DNA of 64,000 bases from Eubacteriales bacterium (GCA_045659405.1 JAZOWX010000043.1:1789-65788), one strand, 5' to 3'; shown: positions 8,833 through 18,115, counted from the stretch's first letter. The notes: generated by a model from the sequence alone, not told the origin. Numbers and translations are program-made.

Positions 8833-9831
8833 TTGACTGTGAAAAATATTAAGTTTGCCATTTACGGCTGTGGAGTTATAGCAGGCTTCCATGCTGCTGC
8901 CATTGCCGATATTGAGGGTGCAGAGCTTTACGCTTGTGCGGATTTCTATCCGCCTGCTGCCGAGAAGTTTGCTAAAGAGCGCGGCATTATTGCTCACGCT
9001 GATTTTGATGCGCTTCTTGCAGACGGAGAGATTGACGTTGTAACTATCTGCACACCCAGCGGTACTCATGCCGATCTTGCCATAAAGGCGCTCGAGGCTG
9101 ACAAAAACGTAGTGCTTGAAAAGCCTATGGCTATAACCGTTGCCGACTGTGACAAAATCATAGAGGCAGCTGCAAAGTCAAAGGGTAAGATAACCGTTAT
9201 CTCGCAGCTTCGTACCTCTCCCGATATCATTCGTGCAAAAGAGCTTATAAGCTCTGGTGCTATCGGTAAGGTTGTACTTGCGGATCTTGTAATGAAATAT
9301 TACAGAGCTCCCGAATATTTCAAGGGCAGCTGGCGCGGTACGAAGAAAATGGACGGCGGCGGTGCGCTGATGAATCAGGGTATACACGGTGTAGACCTTC
9401 TTCAGTACGTTGTTGGCTCGGTTAAGAACATTCAGAGTATTACAAGAACTCTCTGTCACGAAATCGAGGTTGAGGATACAGCGGTAGCTACGCTTGAGTT
9501 CGAGAATTCCGCACTTGGCGTTATAATCGCAAGTACCGCAACTCATCCGGGCTTTGAGCGTCAGATGCGAATCAACGGAACACGCGGCGCTATCGAAATC
9601 GTTGAGGATAAAATAGTCCGTCTCGTTATAGACGGTGTTGATGAGCCCTGCGAGAAATTCGAGGGTGCAAGCGGCGCTTCAAGCAACACCGGAATTTCGC
9701 ATACCGGACACGCAAAGCAGCTTTCCATATTTGTTGACGTGCTTAACGGAATTGACCGTGAGTACGTGAACGAATTTGAGGGTAAAAAGGCTGTTGAAAT
9801 TATTGAAACTATTTATAATAAAACAATATAA
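8833..9831 (+). CDS. Gfo/Idh/MocA family NAD(P)-dependent oxidoreductase
   Basis: IKFAIYGCGVIAGFH Rossmann loop and EKPMA motif. The start could be the GTG at 8839. Confidence 0.85.
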   Translation: MTVKNIKFAIYGCGVIAGFHAAAIADIEGAELYACADFYPPAAEKFAKERGIIAHADFDALLADGEIDVVTICTPSGTHADLAIKALEADKNVVLEKPMAITVADCDKIIEAAAKSKGKITVISQLRTSPDIIRAKELISSGAIGKVVLADLVMKYYRAPEYFKGSWRGTKKMDGGGALMNQGIHGVDLLQYVVGSVKNIQSITRTLCHEIEVEDTAVATLEFENSALGVIIASTATHPGFERQMRINGTRGAIEIVEDKIVRLVIDGVDEPCEKFEGASGASSNTGISHTGHAKQLSIFVDVLNGIDREYVNEFEGKKAVEIIETIYNKTI

Positions 9832-9857
9832 TTATTTAGTTTGAAAGGATTAAAACT

Positions 9858-10847
9858 ATGAAAATCGCATTGATTATTAAGAAATCAGGCATTCCTACCA
9901 TCTTCAACCAGAAGGCTCTTGACAGACTTGCAAAGCTTGGCGAAGTTGTTCTTCACGACAGCGAGGACCTCTCTGACGAGGCTATCAAGAAGACTATCAA
10001 GGATGCTGATATCGCTATCACTTCTTGGGCAAGTGCAAGACTTAACAAGGAAGTTCTCGATGCAGCTCCCAACCTCAAGCTCCATATGCACGCAGCAGGT
10101 ACTGTAAAGCCTTACGTATGTGACGAGATGTGGGAAAGAGGCGTTAGATGCTGTGCTTCCACCGAGCCTCTCGGTATCGGTGTTGCAGAGTGCGCACTCG
10201 GATTTGCAATCTCCGCTTCCAAGAACTTCTATCAGTGTAACGCTGATATCCACAACGGTGATTACGGTGATCACAAGGCTAACTGCCGTGAGCTTTACGA
10301 AATCAACGTTGGTGTTGTTTCCGCTGGCTTCGTTGGTCGTCACTTCATCAAGCTTATGCAGAACTTCGGTGTAAACGTACTTGTTTACGATCCTATGATT
10401 ACCGAGGAGAGAGCTGCTGAACTCGGCGCAACAAAGGTTGACTTCGAGACACTTCTTAAGGAGTCTGATATCCTTTCTATCCACGCTCCTTCTATCCCCG
10501 AAACTCACCACATGTTCAATGCTGAGACTCTTCCTCTTATGAAGAAGGATGCTGTTCTTATCAACACCTCTCGTGGCACTCTTATCGACGAGAAGGCTCT
10601 TTACGAGCACATGGCTAAGGGTAAACTTAAGTATGCTTGCCTTGACGTTTACGACCCCGAACCTCTTTACATCAGCAACCCGCTTCGTACTCTCAAGAAC
10701 TGCATACTCACTCCTCACCTTGCAGGTCTTTGCTCCAACGGTAAGCTTCGTATAGGCGCTCACTCTGCTGACGAAATCGAAAGATTCATCAACGGTGAAA
10801 AGCTTCACTGCGAGGTTACTAAGGAAATGCTCGCTACTATCGCTTAA
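9858..10847 (+). CDS. D-isomer-specific 2-hydroxyacid dehydrogenase family protein
   Basis: NAD-binding VGVVSAGFVGRH, then NTSRGTLIDEKAL, LDVYDPEP and TPHLAG. Confidence 0.85.
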   Translation: MKIALIIKKSGIPTIFNQKALDRLAKLGEVVLHDSEDLSDEAIKKTIKDADIAITSWASARLNKEVLDAAPNLKLHMHAAGTVKPYVCDEMWERGVRCCASTEPLGIGVAECALGFAISASKNFYQCNADIHNGDYGDHKANCRELYEINVGVVSAGFVGRHFIKLMQNFGVNVLVYDPMITEERAAELGATKVDFETLLKESDILSIHAPSIPETHHMFNAETLPLMKKDAVLINTSRGTLIDEKALYEHMAKGKLKYACLDVYDPEPLYISNPLRTLKNCILTPHLAGLCSNGKLRIGAHSADEIERFINGEKLHCEVTKEMLATIA

Positions 10848-10865
10848 TTCTAGTGATAAAAATAG

Positions 10866-10902
10866 CAAAAAGCTGTGTGCCATGGCACACAGCTTTTTTT
10901 GT
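10866..10902 (+). terminator. Rho-independent terminator of the operon
   Basis: AGCTGTGTGCC / GGCACACAGCT stem followed by TTTTTTT. Confidence 0.85.
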
Positions 10903-11239
10903 TATATTTGAAACTAAAACAGTTATAGATGGGGCGGTGTATGCTGAATTTCGCTGTCGTCTGCGGAAAATCAAGTCAAGCCTTGAAAATCCTGAAAAAT
11001 ATGAGAAAACAAAGATATAGTACTTGACAGTAGGAGTTTTTCTGTAAAATAGTCTTTTTGAACAAAATGTCCGAAAAACTGTGAAAAATGCGATTTATCA
11101 AAGAAAAAAGCTTTTATTTTCAATGTTTTTCGGTAAAAATGCTTCCTTTTTTGTTTCGTTTTGCTCCCGCTGTGGAGCTTTTTCTTTTTCAGGTCACAAA
11201 TGCTTCTGTAATTAAAAACAACAAAAACAGAAAAACTTG

Positions 11240-11305
11240 TTGACAAAACAACATCTTTGTGCTATAATGTGCCTGTTGACAAAGCAACAAGTTGCTATCT
11301 ATAAT
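11240..11305 (+). promoter_or_regulatory. Two tandem consensus promoters, each overlapped by a TGTTG-N6-CAACA palindrome (probable MarR operators)
   Basis: P1 is TTGACA 11240-11245, 17-nt spacer, TATAAT 11263-11268. P2 is TTGACA 11276-11281, 18-nt spacer, TATAAT 11300-11305. The palindromes TGTTGACAAAACAACA and TGTTGACAAAGCAACA cover the -35 boxes. Confidence 0.6.
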
Positions 11306-11343
11306 GCGTATGTCCAAATAAAATATACCGAAAGCGAGAAAAA

Positions 11344-11805
11344 ATGAAGGAACGTTTTAAAACCTTTACAGTGCTGATCGCTAAGATAAATCGGTCTATC
11401 CACAAAATAAAAAGTGAGGAAATGGCAGAATATAATCTTAAGGCTCCGCACGTTTCATGTCTTTATTATCTCTATAAAAACGGCACGCTCACCGCACGTG
11501 AGCTGTGCGATATATGTGATGAGGATAAAGGTGCTGTTTCGCGTTCTCTTGATTATCTTGAAAAGGAAGAGTATATCACTTGCGATTCCTCTGCCAAAAA
11601 AAGATACAAAGCGCAGCTCTTTCTTACCGATAAAGGTAAGAAGGTGGGAAAAGAGGTTGCACAGAAGATAGATGCGCTTCTTGACTGTGTCGGATGTGAT
11701 ATGACTGATGAAGACAGGATGCAATTTTACAGCTCTTTAGAGCTTATCAGCGACGATTTGCAAAAAATTACAGATAAATATGACCAACCGAAAGGACAAA
11801 AATAA
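11344..11805 (+). CDS. MarR family transcriptional regulator
   Basis: 153 aa with a winged-helix region, LTARELCDICDEDKGAVSRSLDYLEKEEYI. Confidence 0.85.
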   Translation: MKERFKTFTVLIAKINRSIHKIKSEEMAEYNLKAPHVSCLYYLYKNGTLTARELCDICDEDKGAVSRSLDYLEKEEYITCDSSAKKRYKAQLFLTDKGKKVGKEVAQKIDALLDCVGCDMTDEDRMQFYSSLELISDDLQKITDKYDQPKGQK

Positions 11806-13502
11806 TGAGTAAGGATTTGTTACACGAAAAGAAAGAGTTTTCGAACGTACGTGAGCTTGTCGAATGGGCAGCAGAGGAGTACGGCGAAAAAAATGCATAT
11901 TCATATAAGCTTAATCAGCGCTCTGCGGATGTTACAAGGGTAAGCTTTAACAAGTTAAGAGATGACGTTCGAGCATTGACAAGTGAGCTCCTCTCTATGG
12001 GAGTATCAGGCAAGCACGTGGCGGTTATCGGCAAATTTTCATACGAATGGGTGCTGACGTATTATTCTGTGCTTTCTGCAGGTGCTACGCTTGTTCCGCT
12101 TGACAGAGATTGGGCAGCGGAGGAGCTTTCTGAAACTGTAAAGCGTGCAGAGGCGGAATATCTTTTCATTGATGAGGACATAAAAGAAAAAGGCGAAGCA
12201 ATAGCGAATGCGGTAGAGCTTGAAAAAGCTCCGATTCTCCTTACGGGCGGTGAGGGTGATATCACCGTAGCTTCTCTTGTTGAGGCGGGAGCTTTGAAGT
12301 TTGCTGCCGACAGCTCCGCTTACTTCAATGTGAAAATAGATGCAGATAAGCTTTCGCTGCTTGTGTTCACTTCGGGTACAACAGGTAAGGGAAAGGGTGT
12401 TATGCTCCCCCAGCGAGCATTCCTTTCAGACCTTTCTGCGATAATTCCTTATATTGATTTCAGGGATAAGACCGTAGGTGTCCTTCCTCCCCACCATACA
12501 TTTGGCTCGTCTGTAATGATAATAGGTCATACGATGATAGGCTGTGAGGTTTATATTTCGGCAGGACTTCGTTACGTTCAAAAGGAGCTCAAGGAGCAAA
12601 AGCCGGGGCATCTCATACTCGTTCCTCTTTATCTTGAAACCTTCTACCGAAAGATATGGGCGAATATAAAGGACCAGGGCAAGGAAAAGCTCGTCGGTAT
12701 GATGATAAAGGTCAGCAATTTCCTTCGTAAGATTGGCATAGACCTTCGTAAGAAATTCTTCGGTGCTATCCGAGAGGCATTTGGCGGTGAGGTAAGCATG
12801 ATAATATCCGGCGGTGCTCCGATAAACCCCGACATTCTTGATTTCTTTGAGGCTATCGGAATTTCTACGCTCAACGGCTACGGAATAACAGAGTGCGCAC
12901 CTATAATTGCGGTAAACAGAAGCAAAAACGTCGTTAAGGGAAGCGTCGGTAACGTAATTGATATAGATACTGTAATAATAGACGAGCCCAACGAGGACGG
13001 TGAGGGCGAAATACTTGTAAAAGGACCTAACGTAATGCTCGGTTACTTTAAGGATGAGGAGGCGACTGCCGAGGCAATCACCCCCGACGGGTATTTCAGA
13101 ACGGGTGACTACGGTAAGCTCGATAAAAACGGTGTGCTTTATATAACGGGCAGAAAGAAAAATCTCATAATCCTCTCTAACGGTAAAAACGTATACCCCG
13201 AGGAAATAGAGAATGAGCTTGTTGCTACCCCCGGTGTGCAGGACATAATAGTATATGAGGGTAAGAGCCGCCGCGGTATGGAGCATAACGCTATCGTTGC
13301 CGAGATATTCCCTGACAAGGACTATATTGACAAGAACGGTATAACCGATATCAAAGCGCATCTTGAAGCCTATATAGATGAGTATAACAAAACAGCAACC
13401 CCCTATAAGAAAATAGCAGTGCTTAAGGTTCGTGATGAGGATTTCCCGAAAAACACCCTTCGCAAAATTATGCGCTTTAAGCTTGATATGACAATTGATT
13501 GA
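11805..13502 (+). CDS. AMP-dependent acyl-CoA synthetase (long-chain fatty acid-CoA ligase-like)
   Basis: AMP-binding motif LVFTSGTTGKGKGVML, then GYGITE and TGDYGKLDKNGVLYITGRKKNLI. Its start overlaps the MarR stop. Confidence 0.9.
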   Translation: MSKDLLHEKKEFSNVRELVEWAAEEYGEKNAYSYKLNQRSADVTRVSFNKLRDDVRALTSELLSMGVSGKHVAVIGKFSYEWVLTYYSVLSAGATLVPLDRDWAAEELSETVKRAEAEYLFIDEDIKEKGEAIANAVELEKAPILLTGGEGDITVASLVEAGALKFAADSSAYFNVKIDADKLSLLVFTSGTTGKGKGVMLPQRAFLSDLSAIIPYIDFRDKTVGVLPPHHTFGSSVMIIGHTMIGCEVYISAGLRYVQKELKEQKPGHLILVPLYLETFYRKIWANIKDQGKEKLVGMMIKVSNFLRKIGIDLRKKFFGAIREAFGGEVSMIISGGAPINPDILDFFEAIGISTLNGYGITECAPIIAVNRSKNVVKGSVGNVIDIDTVIIDEPNEDGEGEILVKGPNVMLGYFKDEEATAEAITPDGYFRTGDYGKLDKNGVLYITGRKKNLIILSNGKNVYPEEIENELVATPGVQDIIVYEGKSRRGMEHNAIVAEIFPDKDYIDKNGITDIKAHLEAYIDEYNKTATPYKKIAVLKVRDEDFPKNTLRKIMRFKLDMTID

Positions 13503-13525
13503 TTTTCACTATAAAATGCTAAACG

Positions 13526-13556
13526 AAAAAGGCGAGAAAACTCTCGCCTTTTTTCA
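13526..13556 (+). terminator. Rho-independent terminator
   Basis: AGGCGAG / CTCGCCT stem followed by TTTTT. Confidence 0.8.
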
Positions 13557-13604
13557 TTTTATAAAGTAGTAGTTTGCAGTTTGTAAATTCAAATCAGAAA
13601 GCGA

Positions 13605-14984
13605 TTATACCGTTTTTTGCAAACTGTTATTGTCAAATTTGTCAAAATAACCGTACTTTTTTCTCTTGATGAAGATAAACACACTTGTCACGGCAACCGC
13701 CATAAGCTCTGCTACGATTATGGAATACCATATTCCGTCAACGTCAAATACGAGCGGCAGAAGCAATACCGCAAGTATCTGGAAAACGAGCGTTCTGAGG
13801 AATGATATTATTGCAGAGGTGACACCGTCGTTGAGCGCTGTGAAAAATCCCGAGCCAAAGATTGCAAAGCCCGCAAAGAGAAATGAGAACGAGAATATTT
13901 TGAAGCCGTGAAGCGTCAGCTCGTACAGCTCCTTGTCATACCCGACAAAAAGTGCCGAAAGCGGCGATGCGAGGAAAAAGGAAAGTGCAAGCATTGTCAC
14001 CGAGCCTATTGATATAATAATAATGCTCTTTTTTAAGATGTTTTGAAGCTCCGACTTGTTTGCTGCCCCGAAATGATAGCTTATTATAGGCGCTGTTCCT
14101 ATCGAATATCCGATAAACGCTGAGATGAAAATGAAGTTTACATACATCATAACACCGTATGCCGCAACACCGTCCTCACCCGCATAAGAGAGCAGCTGTA
14201 GGTTGTAAAGCATTCCGACGAGCGACATTGACACGTTGCTCATAAGCTCCGATGAGCCGTTTGTCATAGCTTTAAGCACGGCTGAACCGTACCAGCGTGT
14301 TTTTCCAAGCTTCAGAATACTTGAATTTTTTCTTGAAAAATAGAACAGCGGAATAATTCCGCCAACGAGCTGGCTTACTGCGGTAGCAAGTGCCGCACCG
14401 ACAAGTCCCATAGAAAATACTGCGATTAAAAGTGCGTCTAGTATCATATTTGTGACACCGGATATCACCGTCATAACAAGTCCGAGTGTTGGCTTTTCAG
14501 CCGTCGTGAAAAAGCTTTGAAACTCCATTTGAAGCATAAATGCGGGGAGCGCTAAAAGAATTATCCGCCCGTAAATAACGCAGTCATCGAGCATCTCGCC
14601 TTCCGCTCCAAGAAGCGCTGCAATCGGTTTGATAAAAATGATACCGAGTGCGGCAATCAGGGTACCGAGCACCGCTGTCAGGTATATGAAAAGCGAGAAG
14701 TATTTGTTAGCACGTGCGATATCCCCCTCGCCCATAGTTTTCGCTACAATAGCGCCGCCGCCCGTGCCGAACATAAAGCCGAGAGTACCGAGAATCATAA
14801 GAAACGGCATTATAAAGTTTACCGCTGCAAACGGTGTCTTGCCGACAAAGTTTGAAACGAAAAATCCGTCAACCACACCGTATATCGAGCTGAATATCAT
14901 CATAGCGATAGACGGCACGGTGAACCTTATTAGCTTTTTGTATGTGAAATGCTCCGAAAGTTGAATGGTCATTTGTATCTTCAC
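13605..14984 (-). CDS. MATE family efflux transporter
   Basis: 459 aa with about 12 TM helices and a typical MATE N-terminus (FTVPSIAMMIFSSIYGVVDGFFV). Confidence 0.85.
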   Translation of the reverse strand: MKIQMTIQLSEHFTYKKLIRFTVPSIAMMIFSSIYGVVDGFFVSNFVGKTPFAAVNFIMPFLMILGTLGFMFGTGGGAIVAKTMGEGDIARANKYFSLFIYLTAVLGTLIAALGIIFIKPIAALLGAEGEMLDDCVIYGRIILLALPAFMLQMEFQSFFTTAEKPTLGLVMTVISGVTNMILDALLIAVFSMGLVGAALATAVSQLVGGIIPLFYFSRKNSSILKLGKTRWYGSAVLKAMTNGSSELMSNVSMSLVGMLYNLQLLSYAGEDGVAAYGVMMYVNFIFISAFIGYSIGTAPIISYHFGAANKSELQNILKKSIIIISIGSVTMLALSFFLASPLSALFVGYDKELYELTLHGFKIFSFSFLFAGFAIFGSGFFTALNDGVTSAIISFLRTLVFQILAVLLLPLVFDVDGIWYSIIVAELMAVAVTSVFIFIKRKKYGYFDKFDNNSLQKTV

Positions 14985-15099
14985 TCTTTAAAATGTTTTT
15001 ATAGCAAGCCTTGGCAAACCGTAGTGTAGTATACCATACAAGTTCTTGAAAATCAAGTGCAAAATCGGGATTTTGATGAGGAAAATATAGCTTCTGCTA

Positions 15100-15128
15100 T
15101 TGACAAGCGAAATTACTTGTGCTATACT
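15100..15128 (+). promoter_or_regulatory. Sigma-A promoter of the SCIFF operon
   Basis: TTGACA 15100-15105, 17-nt spacer, TATACT 15123-15128. Confidence 0.65.
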
Positions 15129-15167
15129 ACAATAAAAGATTTATAAATGAAAGTGTAGGATTTTACT

Positions 15168-15320
15168 ATGAGCAGAATCAAGACTATTGAAACCAAGAAT
15201 ATCGAAGCAACCGTTAAAAACGGCGGATGCGGCGAGTGCCAGACCTCTTGCCAGTCTGCTTGCAAGACCTCTTGCGGTGTTGCAAACCAGGTTTGCGAGA
15301 ATCAGAATAAGAAGAACTGA
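15168..15320 (+). CDS. scfA: SCIFF (six-cysteines-in-forty-five) ranthipeptide precursor, 50 aa
   Basis: Hand translation gives MSRIKTIETKNIEATVKNGGCGECQTSCQSACKTSCGVANQVCENQNKKN. The GGCGECQTSCQSACKTSC core is the SCIFF signature. The ORF is absent from the track because it is under 60 aa. Confidence 0.9.
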   Translation: MSRIKTIETKNIEATVKNGGCGECQTSCQSACKTSCGVANQVCENQNKKN

Positions 15321-15343
15321 GCTTCCAAAAATTCAGCTCGATG

Positions 15344-15370
15344 AGGTTGCCGTATTTTGTGCGGCAACCT
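15344..15370 (+). promoter_or_regulatory. Intercistronic stem-loop between precursor and maturase
   Basis: AGGTTGCCG / CGGCAACCT, a 9-bp stem. Confidence 0.5.
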
Positions 15371-15392
15371 CTAAATCTTGAAAGGAAAGTTT

Positions 15393-16766
15393 ATGATACA
15401 TCAGTATAAGCTTAACGGATATAATATCGTCCTCGACCCTGCGAGCGGCTCTGTGCATACGGTAGACGACGTTGCATACGACATTATCTCTATGTACAAG
15501 GATAGCACTCCACAGAAGATAACAAAAACTATACTTGAGCGCTATGCGCAGACAGAGGGCGTAAACGAGGCAGAGGTTGCCGAGTGCCTTGAGGATATTC
15601 GGGCGCTTGAGTCGGCGGGCAAGCTCTTTTCGGAGGATAAATACGAAAAGCTCGCTTACAGCTTTAAAAACAATTCAAACGTGGTAAAGGCGCTCTGCTT
15701 GCACGTTGCGCACAGCTGTAACCTGAATTGCTCCTACTGCTTCGCCAGTCAGGGTAAATATCAGGGCGAGCGTGCTCTTATGAGCTTTGAGGTTGGTAAG
15801 CGTGCGTTTGATTTCCTTATAGAAAACTCCGGCACGAGAAGAAATCTTGAGGTTGACTTCTTTGGCGGTGAGCCGCTTATGAACTGGGACGTTGTAAAGC
15901 AGCTTGTCGCTTATGCAAGAAGCGTTGAGAAGGAGCATAACAAGAATTTCCGTTTCACCCTTACGACTAACGGTATGCTCGTTGATGACGAGGTGATTGA
16001 TTTCCTCAACCGTGAGATGAGCAACGTCGTTTTGAGCCTTGACGGAAGAGCCGAGGTTCACGACCACTTCAGACGGGATTATAAGGGCGAGGGTAGCTAT
16101 GAAAAAATAGTTCCCAAATTCTTAAAGCTTGTTGAAAAACGTGGCGGCATTAATTATTACGTCAGAGGAACGTACACCCACAATAACACAGATTTTGTAA
16201 ATGATATTTTACATATGGCGGATTTGGGCTTCACCGAACTCAGCATGGAGCCTGTTGTGTGTCCTCCCAGTGACCCGTACGCACTCACTGATTCGGATAT
16301 GCCGATTTTGCTTGAGCAGTACGAAATTCTCGCCAAGGAAATGATAAAGAGAAAGCGTGAGGGCAGACCGTTTACGTTCTACCACTATATGCTCGACCTT
16401 AAAAACGGCCCTTGCATTTACAAGCGTATTGCGGGCTGCGGCTCGGGTACGGAGTATATGGCGGTTACCCCTTGGGGCGACCTTTATCCCTGCCACCAGT
16501 TTGTTGGCGATCCTAAATACCTTCTCGGAAACATCTGGGACGGTGTAAAGAATACCGACGTGCAGGATGAATTCCGCTCTTGCAATGCGTATGCGAGGGA
16601 GGAGTGCCGCGATTGCTGGGCAAAGCTTTATTGCTCGGGCGGATGCGCTGCCAACTCCTATCATTCTACCGGCAGTGTCAGCGGTGTTTATAGCTATGGC
16701 TGCGAGCTGTTCAAAAAGCGTATTGAGTGCGCTGTTATGCTCGGTGTTGCCGAGGCAGAAGAGTGA
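15393..16766 (+). CDS. scfB: Radical SAM/SPASM thioether-forming SCIFF maturase
   Basis: CNLNCSYC radical-SAM cluster motif and a Cys-rich SPASM C-terminus (CGSG..C..C, CRDCWAKLYCSGGC). Start taken at the ATG at 15393, after AAAGGAAAG. Confidence 0.9.
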   Translation: MIHQYKLNGYNIVLDPASGSVHTVDDVAYDIISMYKDSTPQKITKTILERYAQTEGVNEAEVAECLEDIRALESAGKLFSEDKYEKLAYSFKNNSNVVKALCLHVAHSCNLNCSYCFASQGKYQGERALMSFEVGKRAFDFLIENSGTRRNLEVDFFGGEPLMNWDVVKQLVAYARSVEKEHNKNFRFTLTTNGMLVDDEVIDFLNREMSNVVLSLDGRAEVHDHFRRDYKGEGSYEKIVPKFLKLVEKRGGINYYVRGTYTHNNTDFVNDILHMADLGFTELSMEPVVCPPSDPYALTDSDMPILLEQYEILAKEMIKRKREGRPFTFYHYMLDLKNGPCIYKRIAGCGSGTEYMAVTPWGDLYPCHQFVGDPKYLLGNIWDGVKNTDVQDEFRSCNAYAREECRDCWAKLYCSGGCAANSYHSTGSVSGVYSYGCELFKKRIECAVMLGVAEAEE

Positions 16767-18115
16767 TGAGGACTCCTATATTCGATTTTGTAAAAAAATA
16801 TGCCGATGATAACGTGTCTCGATTTCATATGCCTGGACATAAGGGATATGGGGTGCTCGGTGTTGAGCGATACGACATAACCGAGGTATATGGCGCTGAC
16901 ACGCTCTACTTTTCCGAGGGCATTATAAAGGAAAGCGAAGAAAATGCAACCTCGCTTTTTAGTACAGCGCATACCTATTACTCGACAGAGGGCTCGACAC
17001 TTGCTATAAAGGCAATGCTCGCTACGGCACTCGTTAATGCTCCGGTGGGCGCAAGCCGAACTCTTGTGGCGGCAAGAAATGCTCATAAGGCGCTTATTTA
17101 TGCCGCTGCGGAGCTTGATTTTGATATACGTTGGCTGTATCCTGACTCGGACACTCATTATTGCAGCTGTGATATAAACCCCGAAAAGCTGCGTGAGATT
17201 ATAACCGACGCACGTCCGTTTGCCGTTTATATAACCTCACCCGATTATCTTGGCAATCTTGCCGACGTATCCGAAATTGCGGGTATCTGCCACGGGTGCG
17301 GTGTGCCGCTTCTTGTGGATAATGCGCACGGTGCGTATTTAGCTTTCACAAGTCCAAGTCTTCACCCGATAGCGCTCGGTGCGGATATGTGCGCCGATTC
17401 TGCGCACAAAACTTTGCCGGTGCTGACGGGCGGTGCATATCTTCATATATCGAAAAATGCAGACCGAGAATATGTTGGCACAGCACGAAAGATGCTTTCT
17501 GCATTTGCCTCTACAAGCCCCTCTTATCTGATTCTTTCGTCACTCGATTTGTGTAACGGAGAGCTTTTTGGCGGATATTCGAAAAAAATTAAGGATTGCG
17601 TCGAAAAAGCGAAAGCCATAAAGCAAACGCTTTGTGAGCTTGGGTTTGCTCCTACAAAAAGCGAGCCGATGAAGATTGTTTTTCACACTTCGGATTTCGG
17701 TTATCTCGGTACAGAGCTTGCCGAGCATTTGAGGCGCTTTAAAATAGAGGCAGAATTTGCGGATAACGAGTATGCCGTTCTTATGCTGACGCCAGGTAAT
17801 ACCGAGGAGGATTTTTCTCGGCTTGTTTGCGCCATTTCCGCTCTTGACAAAAGAAGTCCTATAAGTAAAGAGACCACGTTTGTAATGGTACAGCCCGAGG
17901 CTCGTCTTTCTATAAAAAATGCGGTATTTTCCAAAAATGAGCTTATCAATACAAAGGATGCCGTGGGCAGAGTTTGCGCAACACCGACAACCGCCTGCCC
18001 CCCCGCAGTACCGATAGTTGTCAGCGGTGAGTTAATTGACGAAAATATTTCTGCGGTTCTTTTGAGCTATGGCATTGATAAAATCGAGGTAGTGAAGATA
18101 AGAAATCAGGTATAA
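16766..18115 (+). CDS. PLP-dependent Orn/Lys/Arg decarboxylase-family enzyme
   Basis: N-terminal FHMPGHKG and PLP lysine motif DSAHKTLP. Its start overlaps the scfB stop by 1 nt (TGATG). Confidence 0.8.
   Translation: MRTPIFDFVKKYADDNVSRFHMPGHKGYGVLGVERYDITEVYGADTLYFSEGIIKESEENATSLFSTAHTYYSTEGSTLAIKAMLATALVNAPVGASRTLVAARNAHKALIYAAAELDFDIRWLYPDSDTHYCSCDINPEKLREIITDARPFAVYITSPDYLGNLADVSEIAGICHGCGVPLLVDNAHGAYLAFTSPSLHPIALGADMCADSAHKTLPVLTGGAYLHISKNADREYVGTARKMLSAFASTSPSYLILSSLDLCNGELFGGYSKKIKDCVEKAKAIKQTLCELGFAPTKSEPMKIVFHTSDFGYLGTELAEHLRRFKIEAEFADNEYAVLMLTPGNTEEDFSRLVCAISALDKRSPISKETTFVMVQPEARLSIKNAVFSKNELINTKDAVGRVCATPTTACPPAVPIVVSGELIDENISAVLLSYGIDKIEVVKIRNQV

Noticed and set aside
10903-11235. 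Possible 55-codon ORF (ATG about 11088) and promoter-like TTGACA/TAAAAT in the long gap before marR
   Set aside because: The ORF has no RBS and a Phe/Lys-rich, low-complexity product. The promoter spacer is only 15 nt. The support is insufficient.
15187-15381. 64-aa ORF in the track overlapping the SCIFF locus
   Set aside because: It is out of frame with the real 50-aa SCIFF precursor (15168-15320), is Arg/Ala-rich, and has no RBS.
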